DNA of 64,000 bases from a virus (taxonomy: Duplodnaviria > Caudoviricetes). The notes under the pieces were generated by a model. That model saw only the letters and a list, made by a program, of their open reading frames with translations. It did not search any database and had not been told where the DNA came from. Positions 48,905 through 58,009 of the stretch are shown one piece after another; position 1 is the first letter of the stretch; each line of letters begins with the position of its first letter. The DNA lies in IMG/VR virus record IMGVR_UViG_3300014208_000024, positions 256,001 through 320,000 of that record; one strand, given 5' to 3'. The position numbers were made by a program, and so were the translations under genes.

Positions 48905-49516
48905 ATGAATTTTAGAGAACAATATGTAAATGAAACAAAATGTAAAATAGATTTTTGTAATGAATCTTTAATGAAATATATTGAATGGTTGGAAGGTTAC
49001 AAAAAAGAACCGCAAATTCTTTTATGGATAAAAAAAATGTTCGAACACGCAGAAAATAAACAGTGGTACGAAGTTTATTTTTCTTTTGATATTCATGGTA
49101 CAATTTCCGTCCCAGATTATAGAAAAGGAATTAAAAAAGATCCAAGCGAAATTAGTAAAGTTATTTATTATCCATATGCAAAAGAAACCTTACAACTACT
49201 TACTGAAACTCGTCCAGATATTATAAAAATACTATGGACATCTTCTTATCCAGAAGAATTAAAAGTATACAGAAAAACTTTTGAAAAAGACGGAATAATA
49301 TTCAAATATAACAATGAAAATCCAGAAATAGCAGATGCAAAGGGTAGTTTTGGTTTTTATGAAAGAAAATTTTATTTTAATGTACTTTGGGAAGATAAAT
49401 CTGGATTTGACCCAGAAACAGATTGGAAACCAATTTATGAATATTTCAAAAAAACAGATTATAGACCTAATCCAAAATGGTCAATGAAATATAAAGAAGA
49501 CTATCACAAAAGTTAA
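48905..49516 (+). CDS. HAD-superfamily phosphatase-like protein
   Basis: FSFDIHGTI (variant DxDGT), ILWTSS, VLWEDKSGFD. Confidence 0.65.
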   Translation: MNFREQYVNETKCKIDFCNESLMKYIEWLEGYKKEPQILLWIKKMFEHAENKQWYEVYFSFDIHGTISVPDYRKGIKKDPSEISKVIYYPYAKETLQLLTETRPDIIKILWTSSYPEELKVYRKTFEKDGIIFKYNNENPEIADAKGSFGFYERKFYFNVLWEDKSGFDPETDWKPIYEYFKKTDYRPNPKWSMKYKEDYHKS

Positions 49517-49560
49517 GTGTTTTAAAAAATTTGTAATATTTATTAATATAAATTAATATT

Positions 49561-49707
49561 ATGAATAAAAAAATTAAAAAAACATTTACATTAGACGAAA
49601 AGATATTTAATGAGTTTTCGATAATTGCCAACAAATTGTCTATCAACAAATCTAAATTTGTTGAAAATAAGATTATAGAATTTATAAAAATTAATAAACA
49701 TGAATAA
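49561..49707 (+). CDS. Ribbon-helix-helix protein, 48 aa, missed by ORF track
   Basis: MNKKIKKTFTLDEKIFNEFSIIANKLSINKSKFVENKIIEFIKINKHE*; overlaps the HEG start. Confidence 0.75.
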   Translation: MNKKIKKTFTLDEKIFNEFSIIANKLSINKSKFVENKIIEFIKINKHE

Positions 49708-50515
49708 AGAATTTTATATTTATGTTTATTTAGATCCAAGAATAATTGGAGAATATAAATATGACAAATATATCTTTAATAATGAACCGTTTTATATAGG
49801 AAAAGGAAGTGGTTTAAGATTTAAAGATCATGTTAAAAAATCTAGGTTAGAGAATAATAAACAAAATTTTCTTAAAAATAGAAAAATAAAATCTATTTTA
49901 AAAGATAATTTGAATCCAATCATAAAAATTATATTTAAATCTACCAATGAAAAGATGGTGCTACTTGAAGAAATTAAAATAATTAAATTAATAGGAAGAA
50001 AAATATTAAATACTGGAACATTAACCAATTTAACTGACGGAGGAGATGGGTGTGAAAATAGATTTATTACTGAAGAGTTTAGAAAAAAACAATCAGACAT
50101 TATGAAAAGTTATTACAAAGCCCATCCACCAACTAAAGAAACAAATGATAAAATAAGCAAAACTTTGCTGAGTAGAAAAATAATTCGCAGCGAAGAAACA
50201 AAAAATAAAATTGGGGTCGCAAATAAAAATAGAAAATTTAGTGATGAATATATAAAAGTTTTAAAAAAAATTAGGAAAGGTCCAAAACTAACACATAGAA
50301 AACATTATAAACTAATATCTCCAGATAATATAATTTTTAATTTTTTAGGGAAAATAGAGTTGACTAAGTTTATTCATGAAAACAATCTTTCTGAAAGAAA
50401 ATTGTTTTCCAACACAAATAAAGGTGCAATTAAACTTAGTGACATCAGAAATGTTACAAATGTTGGGAAAATAAATACTAAAAATTGTGTTGGATGGCAA
50501 TTAATTAAAAAATAA
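49700..50515 (+). mobile_element. GIY-YIG-type (LEM-3-like) homing endonuclease with NUMOD3-like repeats
   Basis: FYIYVYLDPR..PFYIGKGSGLRFKDH..TLTNLTDGGDG; RSEETKNKIG. Confidence 0.85.
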
Positions 50516-50561
50516 ATACGCAACTTTTTTATTTTTTTCTCGTATATAATGAAAAAATTAT

Positions 50562-50756
50562 ATGAAAAAAACTTGTTTAACAATCTCTCTTTGTTTATGG
50601 ATGATTTTTACATTCATCTTAGCATGCTCTGTTATTGGCTGGGTAGTTTTGTTACCTCAAATTAACTACACAAGCTATCATAAACATCAATCAGAATTAA
50701 GAAGCACCTGGATGAGAATTGGAATTGAATTAAAAGATAAACTTGTACAATCTTAA
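50562..50756 (+). CDS. Small membrane protein
   Basis: Hydrophobic N-terminal half; AAC-N16-CGTATA at 50522. Confidence 0.55.
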   Translation: MKKTCLTISLCLWMIFTFILACSVIGWVVLLPQINYTSYHKHQSELRSTWMRIGIELKDKLVQS

Positions 50757-50757
50757 T

Positions 50758-51102
50758 ATGGTGAAATTTAAAATTCCAACTGGATTAGATAAAGATTCCG
50801 TTATTGGTAAACCAATTCTAGGTGAAAATTTAGATATACTTGGAACTATTATTGGTTATGATCCAATCAACGGGGATGTTTCTGTGGAAACAATTAAAGC
50901 GGCATGTAAAAAAACTTTATTTAAAGAAAATAAGACAATAGGAGTTTCTAGTCGAGCAGTCGATGAAAACAATCCAGAAAAAATAAAAAGAATTATTGAG
51001 GAAATTGATTCTCTTTCAAAAGAATATAAAATGGAAATACTTGGAAAATATTGTCACTATTGCGGTGGAGATGCCCCTTGCCAATGTTGGAATGATGATT
51101 AA
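50758..51102 (+). CDS. Hypothetical protein with C-terminal Cys cluster
   Basis: YCHYCG..CQCWNDD. Confidence 0.6.
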   Translation: MVKFKIPTGLDKDSVIGKPILGENLDILGTIIGYDPINGDVSVETIKAACKKTLFKENKTIGVSSRAVDENNPEKIKRIIEEIDSLSKEYKMEILGKYCHYCGGDAPCQCWNDD

Positions 51103-51118
51103 AATTAAATCAAAAAAT

Positions 51119-51409
51119 ATGAACGCACAGAAAAAAATTGATCAGCTTAAGAATGAAATAAAACAGCTGGAAGAAACTCAAAGAAGTTGTCGTCACGATT
51201 TCGCAGATCCCATATATGATCCAGAAGAAGTATCTGTACAAGATGATCATGCTGGATACGAAGTGCATGGAGTTGACAGATGGCCCGTTTTGTCCTTTCA
51301 TAAAGAATACAAAAACAGATGGAGCAGAGAGTGTAAAAATTGCGGCCACAAAGAATATACATATAAAAATACTCCTGTTATAAAAGAATACAAACCTGAT
51401 TTTTCTTAA
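51119..51409 (+). CDS. Hypothetical Zn-ribbon protein
   Basis: CRH..WSRECKNCG. Confidence 0.6.
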   Translation: MNAQKKIDQLKNEIKQLEETQRSCRHDFADPIYDPEEVSVQDDHAGYEVHGVDRWPVLSFHKEYKNRWSRECKNCGHKEYTYKNTPVIKEYKPDFS

Positions 51410-51415
51410 ACAAAT

Positions 51416-51973
51416 ATGGAAATTCTTATTGTAGATATAGAAACCACTGGATATCTTGTAAAAACTGATGCTATCATAGAAATCGGTTTAGTACTCGTAA
51501 ATACAGACACCAATGAAATAAAACCTCTGTTTAACCAAGTTGTTAAAGACGATTTATTTAACATAAACAAACATAAAAACGCCTGGATATTTCAAAATTC
51601 AGATTTGACTCCAGAGGAAGTCCAAAACGCAAAACTTCTCAAAGAACATTATGAAGAAATACAAAGCCTATTCGATAAATATCCAGTGACAGCATTTAAC
51701 AAATCATTTGATGTTAGATTTTTAGAAACAAAAGCATTTAAACTAAATCATATTAAATGTCTTATGATGGCCTGTGTGGACTATGTTTACCTTAAAGATA
51801 AAAGAGGAAATAAAAAAAGACCATCCGTACAAGAAGCTTATGATCACTTTTTTCCAGATGAAAAATACATAGAAAAACATAGAGGGGCTGACGATGCCCT
51901 TCATGAGGCAAAAATTCTTCTTAAAATGTGCGAAATTAAATCTCAAAGAAAAAATAACAAAGATGAAAAATAA
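51416..51973 (+). CDS. DEDDh 3'-5' exonuclease (DNA pol III epsilon-like)
   Basis: VDIETTG, IIEIG, AFNKSFDVRFL, HRGADDA. Confidence 0.88.
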   Translation: MEILIVDIETTGYLVKTDAIIEIGLVLVNTDTNEIKPLFNQVVKDDLFNINKHKNAWIFQNSDLTPEEVQNAKLLKEHYEEIQSLFDKYPVTAFNKSFDVRFLETKAFKLNHIKCLMMACVDYVYLKDKRGNKKRPSVQEAYDHFFPDEKYIEKHRGADDALHEAKILLKMCEIKSQRKNNKDEK

Positions 51974-52322
51974 TTATAAAGCCAAACTTTTCTACGAAAG
52001 AAAACAAAAAGAACATAAAGAAAAATTTGGAGTCTACTTTGATACAAATGCAAAACACGGGCAAATTATACAAGAATATCATAATAAAGAATTGAAAATT
52101 TTAACACTCTATGGATTCTTGTATAATAGTTGTATATTCGAAAGTGCCCCAAAAACCATCAGCATCCATTATACAGAAGAAGGCGCCGAAAAAGCTCTTA
52201 AAAAACATAAAAATAAACTCAGAAAAAAATGGAGAGAAATGTTTTCTCCAGAAGAAAGAAAAGAATATCCGTTTGGAAAACATGAATATTGGGGAATTCA
52301 TGAAATAAACATAAAGCCCTAA
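51963..52322 (+). CDS. Hypothetical protein
   Basis: Likely start MKNNYKAK, overlapping the upstream stop. Confidence 0.65.
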   Translation: MKNNYKAKLFYERKQKEHKEKFGVYFDTNAKHGQIIQEYHNKELKILTLYGFLYNSCIFESAPKTISIHYTEEGAEKALKKHKNKLRKKWREMFSPEERKEYPFGKHEYWGIHEINIKP

Positions 52323-52331
52323 ATGAGCCAG

Positions 52332-52352
52332 AAACCCCGAAAGGGGTTTTTT
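52332..52352 (+). terminator. Intrinsic terminator
   Basis: AAACCCC-gaaa-GGGGTTTTTT. Confidence 0.85.
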
Positions 52353-52383
52353 AATATATTTATATGAAAGTTTTTAACCCAAA

Positions 52384-53085
52384 ATGAATAGTAGAATAAT
52401 ATACGTACTAATAGGCCCACCAGCTATAGGAAAATCTACCTGGATTAATGCACACACAGATCCAGATAATACCATGGTGATTAACAGAGATGATATAGTG
52501 GAAAATGTTGCAAACTCTTATGGGTGGACATATGACGATTTATATGTATATCCACCAAATGACGCAGAAATTGGAAATGTGGATGAAAAATATGGAGAAG
52601 TTATTCCTGCCCCAGAAAATATGTACTGGAGAAAAACAGTGTTCAATAAAGTTACTGATGGTAACAATAGAGTTTCTGAAATCTTAAATCAAAATTTGGA
52701 AAATGCAAAAACAACAAATAAAAACATTATTGTTGATTTAACAAATATGAGAGTTAAAGATAGATTGGCTTCCCTTGAAAAAATTTCTAACCCCAAAGAT
52801 ATTAAAATAGCAGTGGTATTTAATTTTAAAGGAAAAGAAAATATAATAAAAACAGTTTCTAGAAAAAGAGCTGAAACTGCAGCTCGAATGGGGAAATCTA
52901 AAACAATCCCCGATTCAGCAATAGATAGAATGATCGATAAATATGAACCCCCAACTCCACAAGAAGGATTTGATAAAATTATTTACTCTAATACCATTCC
53001 TCAACTTAAAAAATTCGCTGGACTGAAAGAAGTAAGAAGAATTATTAGAAAAACTATAAACGAATTGTTTGACCGTAATTATTGA
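52384..53085 (+). CDS. P-loop kinase (AAA_33 / polynucleotide kinase-like) with C-terminal tag
   Basis: LIGPPAIGKSTW, VINRDDI, IIVDLTN; C-terminal VRRIIRKTINELF. Confidence 0.75.
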   Translation: MNSRIIYVLIGPPAIGKSTWINAHTDPDNTMVINRDDIVENVANSYGWTYDDLYVYPPNDAEIGNVDEKYGEVIPAPENMYWRKTVFNKVTDGNNRVSEILNQNLENAKTTNKNIIVDLTNMRVKDRLASLEKISNPKDIKIAVVFNFKGKENIIKTVSRKRAETAARMGKSKTIPDSAIDRMIDKYEPPTPQEGFDKIIYSNTIPQLKKFAGLKEVRRIIRKTINELFDRNY

Positions 53086-53735
53086 GCCCTACCAACAGCC
53101 CTGTCTATTACTCTATGTCCAGAATAATCTGAATGTTTGGACCCAACTCCAGCAGGAACATGACTCAATCCCATACTTTTCTTTAATAACGGAGACATTA
53201 TATGTGCCTTCCACTTATCTGCCAAATCGCTTTTTTCCTCATCGCTTATTTCTCCACCACTAAAATCTTTTAATGAAATTAGTTTATTGTCTTTTCCAAC
53301 CCTAATTACCCAAGATCCATCTATGTGAAATTCACCCCTGGATTCCTCGTTTAATTCATCCACAATGTCTTTTAAAGTAAATCTGTCCTCTGGCATCTTC
53401 CAAAAGGAAATTATTTTATCGTCAACCCATAAACGACCATTATATTTTGTGTCTTCCATTAATTCTTGTTCATAAGCACTCCAATCACCATCTTCAAAGT
53501 TTTCTAAATTTTTCTCTGTAACTTCTTTATCAATAATGTCATTTATAATATCCCAATGACTTTCTTCTTTATAAAGATAACCTTCATTATCTCTTAAGTG
53601 TAACTTATCTTCATAATAAAGAAAAGGTATAGCTCCACTACTCGTCATATCATACTCTCTACCGTCTGGAGCCATAAAATAATCAATCTCAAATAATTTG
53701 CTAATCTCTTCTCTTATAAGCTTTCTTAAATTCAT
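53079..53735 (-). CDS. Hypothetical late protein with N-terminal tag
   Basis: MNLRKLIREEISKLFE; TATTTATA at 53751. Confidence 0.75.
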   Translation of the reverse strand: MNLRKLIREEISKLFEIDYFMAPDGREYDMTSSGAIPFLYYEDKLHLRDNEGYLYKEESHWDIINDIIDKEVTEKNLENFEDGDWSAYEQELMEDTKYNGRLWVDDKIISFWKMPEDRFTLKDIVDELNEESRGEFHIDGSWVIRVGKDNKLISLKDFSGGEISDEEKSDLADKWKAHIMSPLLKKSMGLSHVPAGVGSKHSDYSGHRVIDRAVGRAQ

Positions 53736-53820
53736 ATTGGGTAATTTTAATATAAATATTTGAAAAAATTTGTTTAATAAATTACTTTTACATATCTTTG
53801 CATTATAAAAACATTTATAT

Positions 53821-54006
53821 ATGCAAAAAATAATATCCGTAAAACCATCCAATCAAAAAGATATTGATGCAATGCAAAATTTGCTCGATGATGGTTACAA
53901 AGTTGTATTCGCAACGCCAAACAAAGTAGCAATCACAGGAAGAGGTTCATCAATTAGTTCTGATGAAATTGAAGGTCATATTGTCTATATCCTTGAAAAA
54001 AATTAA
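53821..54006 (+). CDS. Hypothetical protein
   Basis: 61 aa, TATCTTTG at 53793. Confidence 0.6.
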   Translation: MQKIISVKPSNQKDIDAMQNLLDDGYKVVFATPNKVAITGRGSSISSDEIEGHIVYILEKN

Positions 54007-54011
54007 TAGCT

Positions 54012-54980
54012 ATGGAATTCATTAAAAACATTAATGGAACTTTTATTCTGAAACCAGAATTTAACCTATTAAAAAATCTTTTAGAAGGTAAAGTAGCTTA
54101 CGAAGTTAAACAAAACATACCAAAAGAAACTTTCTCAGAAATAAACGTGAGAATCACCAACATTGATCTTGGTGGTGTAACTTTTTCAATCGTAAACCCA
54201 CAAGTCCTAGAAAAACTCCCAGAAAAAATTACTTCCACCCTAATCGATAACCTTAAAAAAAATATAGAAAAAACAAAGAAAGTAGCCAATAAAGTTATTG
54301 ATGCCTGGGAGAATAACCCAAAGAAGTTTATTAAAAAAGAACAAAGCTGGGGAAAAATAGTATATGAGTATAAAAAACTCCTAACTGATGATGAATATCA
54401 TACAGGTGCCTTTTTCTTTTTTGACAAAATATCTTACCACTTCGAATTATCTTTTGTAACTGGATGCGGTTCTCATACTTATTACAACAAAGATTATTTC
54501 GTTAAAGCTCTCGAAAAAATAGACCAATGGTTCGAAGATACTTGTAAAATAGTTAAAACTGAAAAAATACAAAAAAGAATATTTAAATATTTATCAAAAA
54601 TTGAAATAAGTTTGTCTTTTCCAGAGGTAATTAAATATATCTCAATCCCCAAAGAAGAAATAAAATTAAAAGAAGAAAAAAAACCCCCATTCCCCATTGT
54701 TTTAAATGGAGATGAATTAAATTCTATTCTTTCAGCATTTGATGGTGGAATTATTGATCAAGAATTTATTGATATCATAAAGGAAGAATATGATATAGAC
54801 ATTTCTTCATTGTTAGATTGGGAACTATCATCAACCACCGAAGGATATCACCATAATGATGGAGATTTTTGTGACTATACCGTCACATTCACCTCCCCAA
54901 ATGGTCATTCTTATGAATTATACAATAGCCACTGCTTAGTTACTGGATACACATTTTCTGGAAAATTAATACCTGAATAA
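54012..54980 (+). CDS. Hypothetical protein
   Basis: 322 aa ORF. Confidence 0.75.
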   Translation: MEFIKNINGTFILKPEFNLLKNLLEGKVAYEVKQNIPKETFSEINVRITNIDLGGVTFSIVNPQVLEKLPEKITSTLIDNLKKNIEKTKKVANKVIDAWENNPKKFIKKEQSWGKIVYEYKKLLTDDEYHTGAFFFFDKISYHFELSFVTGCGSHTYYNKDYFVKALEKIDQWFEDTCKIVKTEKIQKRIFKYLSKIEISLSFPEVIKYISIPKEEIKLKEEKKPPFPIVLNGDELNSILSAFDGGIIDQEFIDIIKEEYDIDISSLLDWELSSTTEGYHHNDGDFCDYTVTFTSPNGHSYELYNSHCLVTGYTFSGKLIPE

Positions 54981-55013
54981 AATATACAAATCTTATAAAA
55001 AACAAAATACTAT

Positions 55014-55430
55014 ATGAACAGAGAAGAAATTAAAAAAGTAGACCTGGATAGATCTGGATTACTATATGGCTTAAGTGGAATAAATTACGATACCATTAAA
55101 AGCTATATGCAACAAATTGATTATGATAGACCAAAATATGCAGAAACAATTCAAGCTATCGCCCCAGCCATTAGAAGAACTTTATGTGAAATATTAGACA
55201 CAAAAGATCAAATGATACCAATAATAAATGACCAAAAATTAAAAATTGATGTGATGGGGTTATTTAGAGTAAATGATTTAATAGACGGATTAGATGGGCT
55301 ATATTCAGTAATCCCATCTATTGCAAATCATTTCAAAGCCACTGATATTGAAGCTGAACTAGTCAGTTTGTTTTGTAGCGACTATGTTAGAACACTTATA
55401 GGAAACAGTAGAAAAATAAATAACAAATAA
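55014..55430 (+). CDS. Hypothetical protein
   Basis: 138 aa ORF. Confidence 0.7.
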   Translation: MNREEIKKVDLDRSGLLYGLSGINYDTIKSYMQQIDYDRPKYAETIQAIAPAIRRTLCEILDTKDQMIPIINDQKLKIDVMGLFRVNDLIDGLDGLYSVIPSIANHFKATDIEAELVSLFCSDYVRTLIGNSRKINNK

Positions 55431-55431
55431 T

Positions 55432-55950
55432 ATGGAAGAAATCGATTTTAAACAGTGCTGTGCAATAGAAATTAGAAAAATTTGGATGTTGGCTGGTCCA
55501 ATGGATGTTGTTAGATATGAAAATAAATGTCCAATATGTGATCACTATATCGGATTAACCCAAACTTCTTTCGAAGAAGCTAACGAATTCTTGGAAAAAT
55601 TTAATCTGGAAAAATTGCCAGCAAAATTTGACCCCAGCAAAATTGCAAAAATAAAACCCAACAAAGAACATGTCACCAAACTTATTGACTTTATATTTCA
55701 CGAAGTAATATCTTCTGGAGGTGACGGTGATGCAATCTTGTATACAAGACTTTTTGACCTAAATGAAATTATTGACATCGTAAAAGAATATAATGAAGTT
55801 AATAATATCGGTTGGGAAATTAATGAAGATAAATCAAGAGGTTCCCGCATATTTAGTTGGGGAAAATATCAAGAATGGGTTTCAATAACCGATAGCAAAA
55901 CTGCGTTTGATCAATCCCCAGAATGGATTCAAATTAAAATTATATATTAA
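55432..55950 (+). CDS. Hypothetical protein with N-terminal Cys motif
   Basis: QCCA..KCPICDH. Confidence 0.7.
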   Translation: MEEIDFKQCCAIEIRKIWMLAGPMDVVRYENKCPICDHYIGLTQTSFEEANEFLEKFNLEKLPAKFDPSKIAKIKPNKEHVTKLIDFIFHEVISSGGDGDAILYTRLFDLNEIIDIVKEYNEVNNIGWEINEDKSRGSRIFSWGKYQEWVSITDSKTAFDQSPEWIQIKIIY

Positions 55951-55951
55951 A

Positions 55952-56197
55952 ATGAAACCCCCACTATTTGACCCATTATTACATAGAGTAAAATGGGAAC
56001 CAGAAATGTCAGACAAAGAAGTTGTCGAATATTACTATAAACACATCCGCCCAAATGATAAGTGGGAAGAAGAAAATGGAAAATTCTATTATTTTGTTGA
56101 AGATTACAATATGTTCTTCGAACATTCTGGATCAGATATTTTTATGTGTATGAGACCAGCAGTTTTTGCTCACATTAAGAAGGTGCAAAATTTATAG
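55952..56197 (+). CDS. Hypothetical protein
   Basis: Likely start MKPPLF. Confidence 0.6.
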   Translation: MKPPLFDPLLHRVKWEPEMSDKEVVEYYYKHIRPNDKWEEENGKFYYFVEDYNMFFEHSGSDIFMCMRPAVFAHIKKVQNL

Positions 56198-56272
56198 AAA
56201 AATCATTTTTTATTTTGATAATTATAATTTTTTTATTTCTTTTGCAGAACCTAGTTTCATTAAATATAAGTC

Positions 56273-58009
56273 ATGGGAAAAAAACCAAAAAAAATTTTCA
56301 CAAAGGAAGAATGTGCAGAAATTGTAAGTAAATGTAAAACAATTTCAGATTTTAGTATTAATTTTTTTCCAGCCTATTATTGTGCAAAAAAAAACAATTG
56401 GCTTGATGAAATTTGTTCTCATATGAAAATCACATTTACAAAAAAATATTGGACAAAAGAATTATGTCAAAAAGAAGCAGATAAATATTCTACAAGAGGA
56501 GAATTTGTTAATAATAGTAGTGGTGCATATTGTGCCGCTATTAGAAACGGTTGGCTTGATGAAATTTGTTCTCACATGATTAGATTGGTGCCAATAAGAG
56601 GATATTGGCAAATTAAAGAAAATTGTATTAAAGCTGCATTAAGTTGTGAAAATATAAAAGAATTCAGACAAAAATATAAAACTGCAAATAACTCTTTTAT
56701 AAAAAATGGATGGGTAAAAGAATTAAATAATATCTTTCAAAAAGACTATAAAAAAGATTTTAGATTTAAAGAAAATTGTATTGAAGCTGCTTTAAATTGT
56801 AAAACAAGAACTGAATTTAGAGATAAATACAGGGGGGCTTATAAATCTGCAAAAAAAAATGGCTGGTTATATGAAATTTATCAATTATTTCCAATTGTGG
56901 GAAATAAATATAAAAGATTAATATATGCTGTTGAATTCCCAGATAATAATGTATATATAGGATTAACATATAATCTTAAAATAAGAATGATTCAACACAC
57001 ATGTTCAAAAAGGTCTCAAGTATATAAACATATACAAAAAACTCAATTAAAACCTTTTTTTAAAGAGTGTACAGAATTTATGGATATAACAGATGCTACA
57101 ATTTATGAAGGAAAAATATTAAATTCATATATAAAAAATGGTTGGAATATTTTAAATAAAGCAAAGACAGGAGGTTTGGGAGGAAATAATAAAAGAGAGT
57201 ATGAAAAAGAAGATTGTCTTAATATTGCATTAATGTTCCTTTCTAAAGAAGAATTTAATGCAAATTATCCGAAAATATATAGAGCAGCTTATAAGTTTGG
57301 GTGGTTAGATGAAATATGTTCTCATATGGAAATAAAAAGTAAAAAAGAAATATTTTTTATTGAATCATTAAAATATAGTTCCAGAAGAGAACTTCGCTTA
57401 AATAACATAAACCTTTATAATAAAATATTAATAAATAAGTGGATGGATGAGTTTTTTTCTAAAAAACAAATTACAAAAGAAGAATGTCAAAAAATCGCAA
57501 ATCAATATGTTTTATTTGATAAATTTAAAGAAGAGAATTTAAAAATTTTTTATTTTTTAAAGAAAAATGGATGGACAAAAGAAGTTACAAAAAAATTAAA
57601 AAAAATAAGAGTAAATTGGAATATAAAAGAAAAATGTCACCAAGAAGCTCTTAAATATAAAACCAGATTTGAATTTGGTAGAAAATCTTCACAAGCATAT
57701 AAAGCTTCATATAAAAATGGTTGGCTTGATGAAATATGTTCTCACATGATAGAAATTAGAAAACCAAAAAAATATTGGAATAAAGAAACTTGTTTAAAAG
57801 CAGCTTTAGAATGTCATAATTCAAAAGATTTTTGCAAAAAATATCCCCGTGCATACAGAATAGCTTGTGAGAATAAATGGATGAAAGAAATAAAAGAAAA
57901 TTGGAAACTATTAAAAAACAATTCTAATATTGTTAATGAATTTATACCAGTGTTTTCACAAACAGAAAACTCAAAACAACTGGTTCTAAATTTTGACCAA
58001 AAAAATTAG
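56273..58009 (+). CDS. GIY-YIG-like nuclease embedded in about nine helical repeats (KExC..A......F...Y..A...GWLDEICSHM)
   Basis: Central LIYAVEFPDNNVYIGLT..R..QH; four repeats before and five after. Confidence 0.8.
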   Translation: MGKKPKKIFTKEECAEIVSKCKTISDFSINFFPAYYCAKKNNWLDEICSHMKITFTKKYWTKELCQKEADKYSTRGEFVNNSSGAYCAAIRNGWLDEICSHMIRLVPIRGYWQIKENCIKAALSCENIKEFRQKYKTANNSFIKNGWVKELNNIFQKDYKKDFRFKENCIEAALNCKTRTEFRDKYRGAYKSAKKNGWLYEIYQLFPIVGNKYKRLIYAVEFPDNNVYIGLTYNLKIRMIQHTCSKRSQVYKHIQKTQLKPFFKECTEFMDITDATIYEGKILNSYIKNGWNILNKAKTGGLGGNNKREYEKEDCLNIALMFLSKEEFNANYPKIYRAAYKFGWLDEICSHMEIKSKKEIFFIESLKYSSRRELRLNNINLYNKILINKWMDEFFSKKQITKEECQKIANQYVLFDKFKEENLKIFYFLKKNGWTKEVTKKLKKIRVNWNIKEKCHQEALKYKTRFEFGRKSSQAYKASYKNGWLDEICSHMIEIRKPKKYWNKETCLKAALECHNSKDFCKKYPRAYRIACENKWMKEIKENWKLLKNNSNIVNEFIPVFSQTENSKQLVLNFDQKN

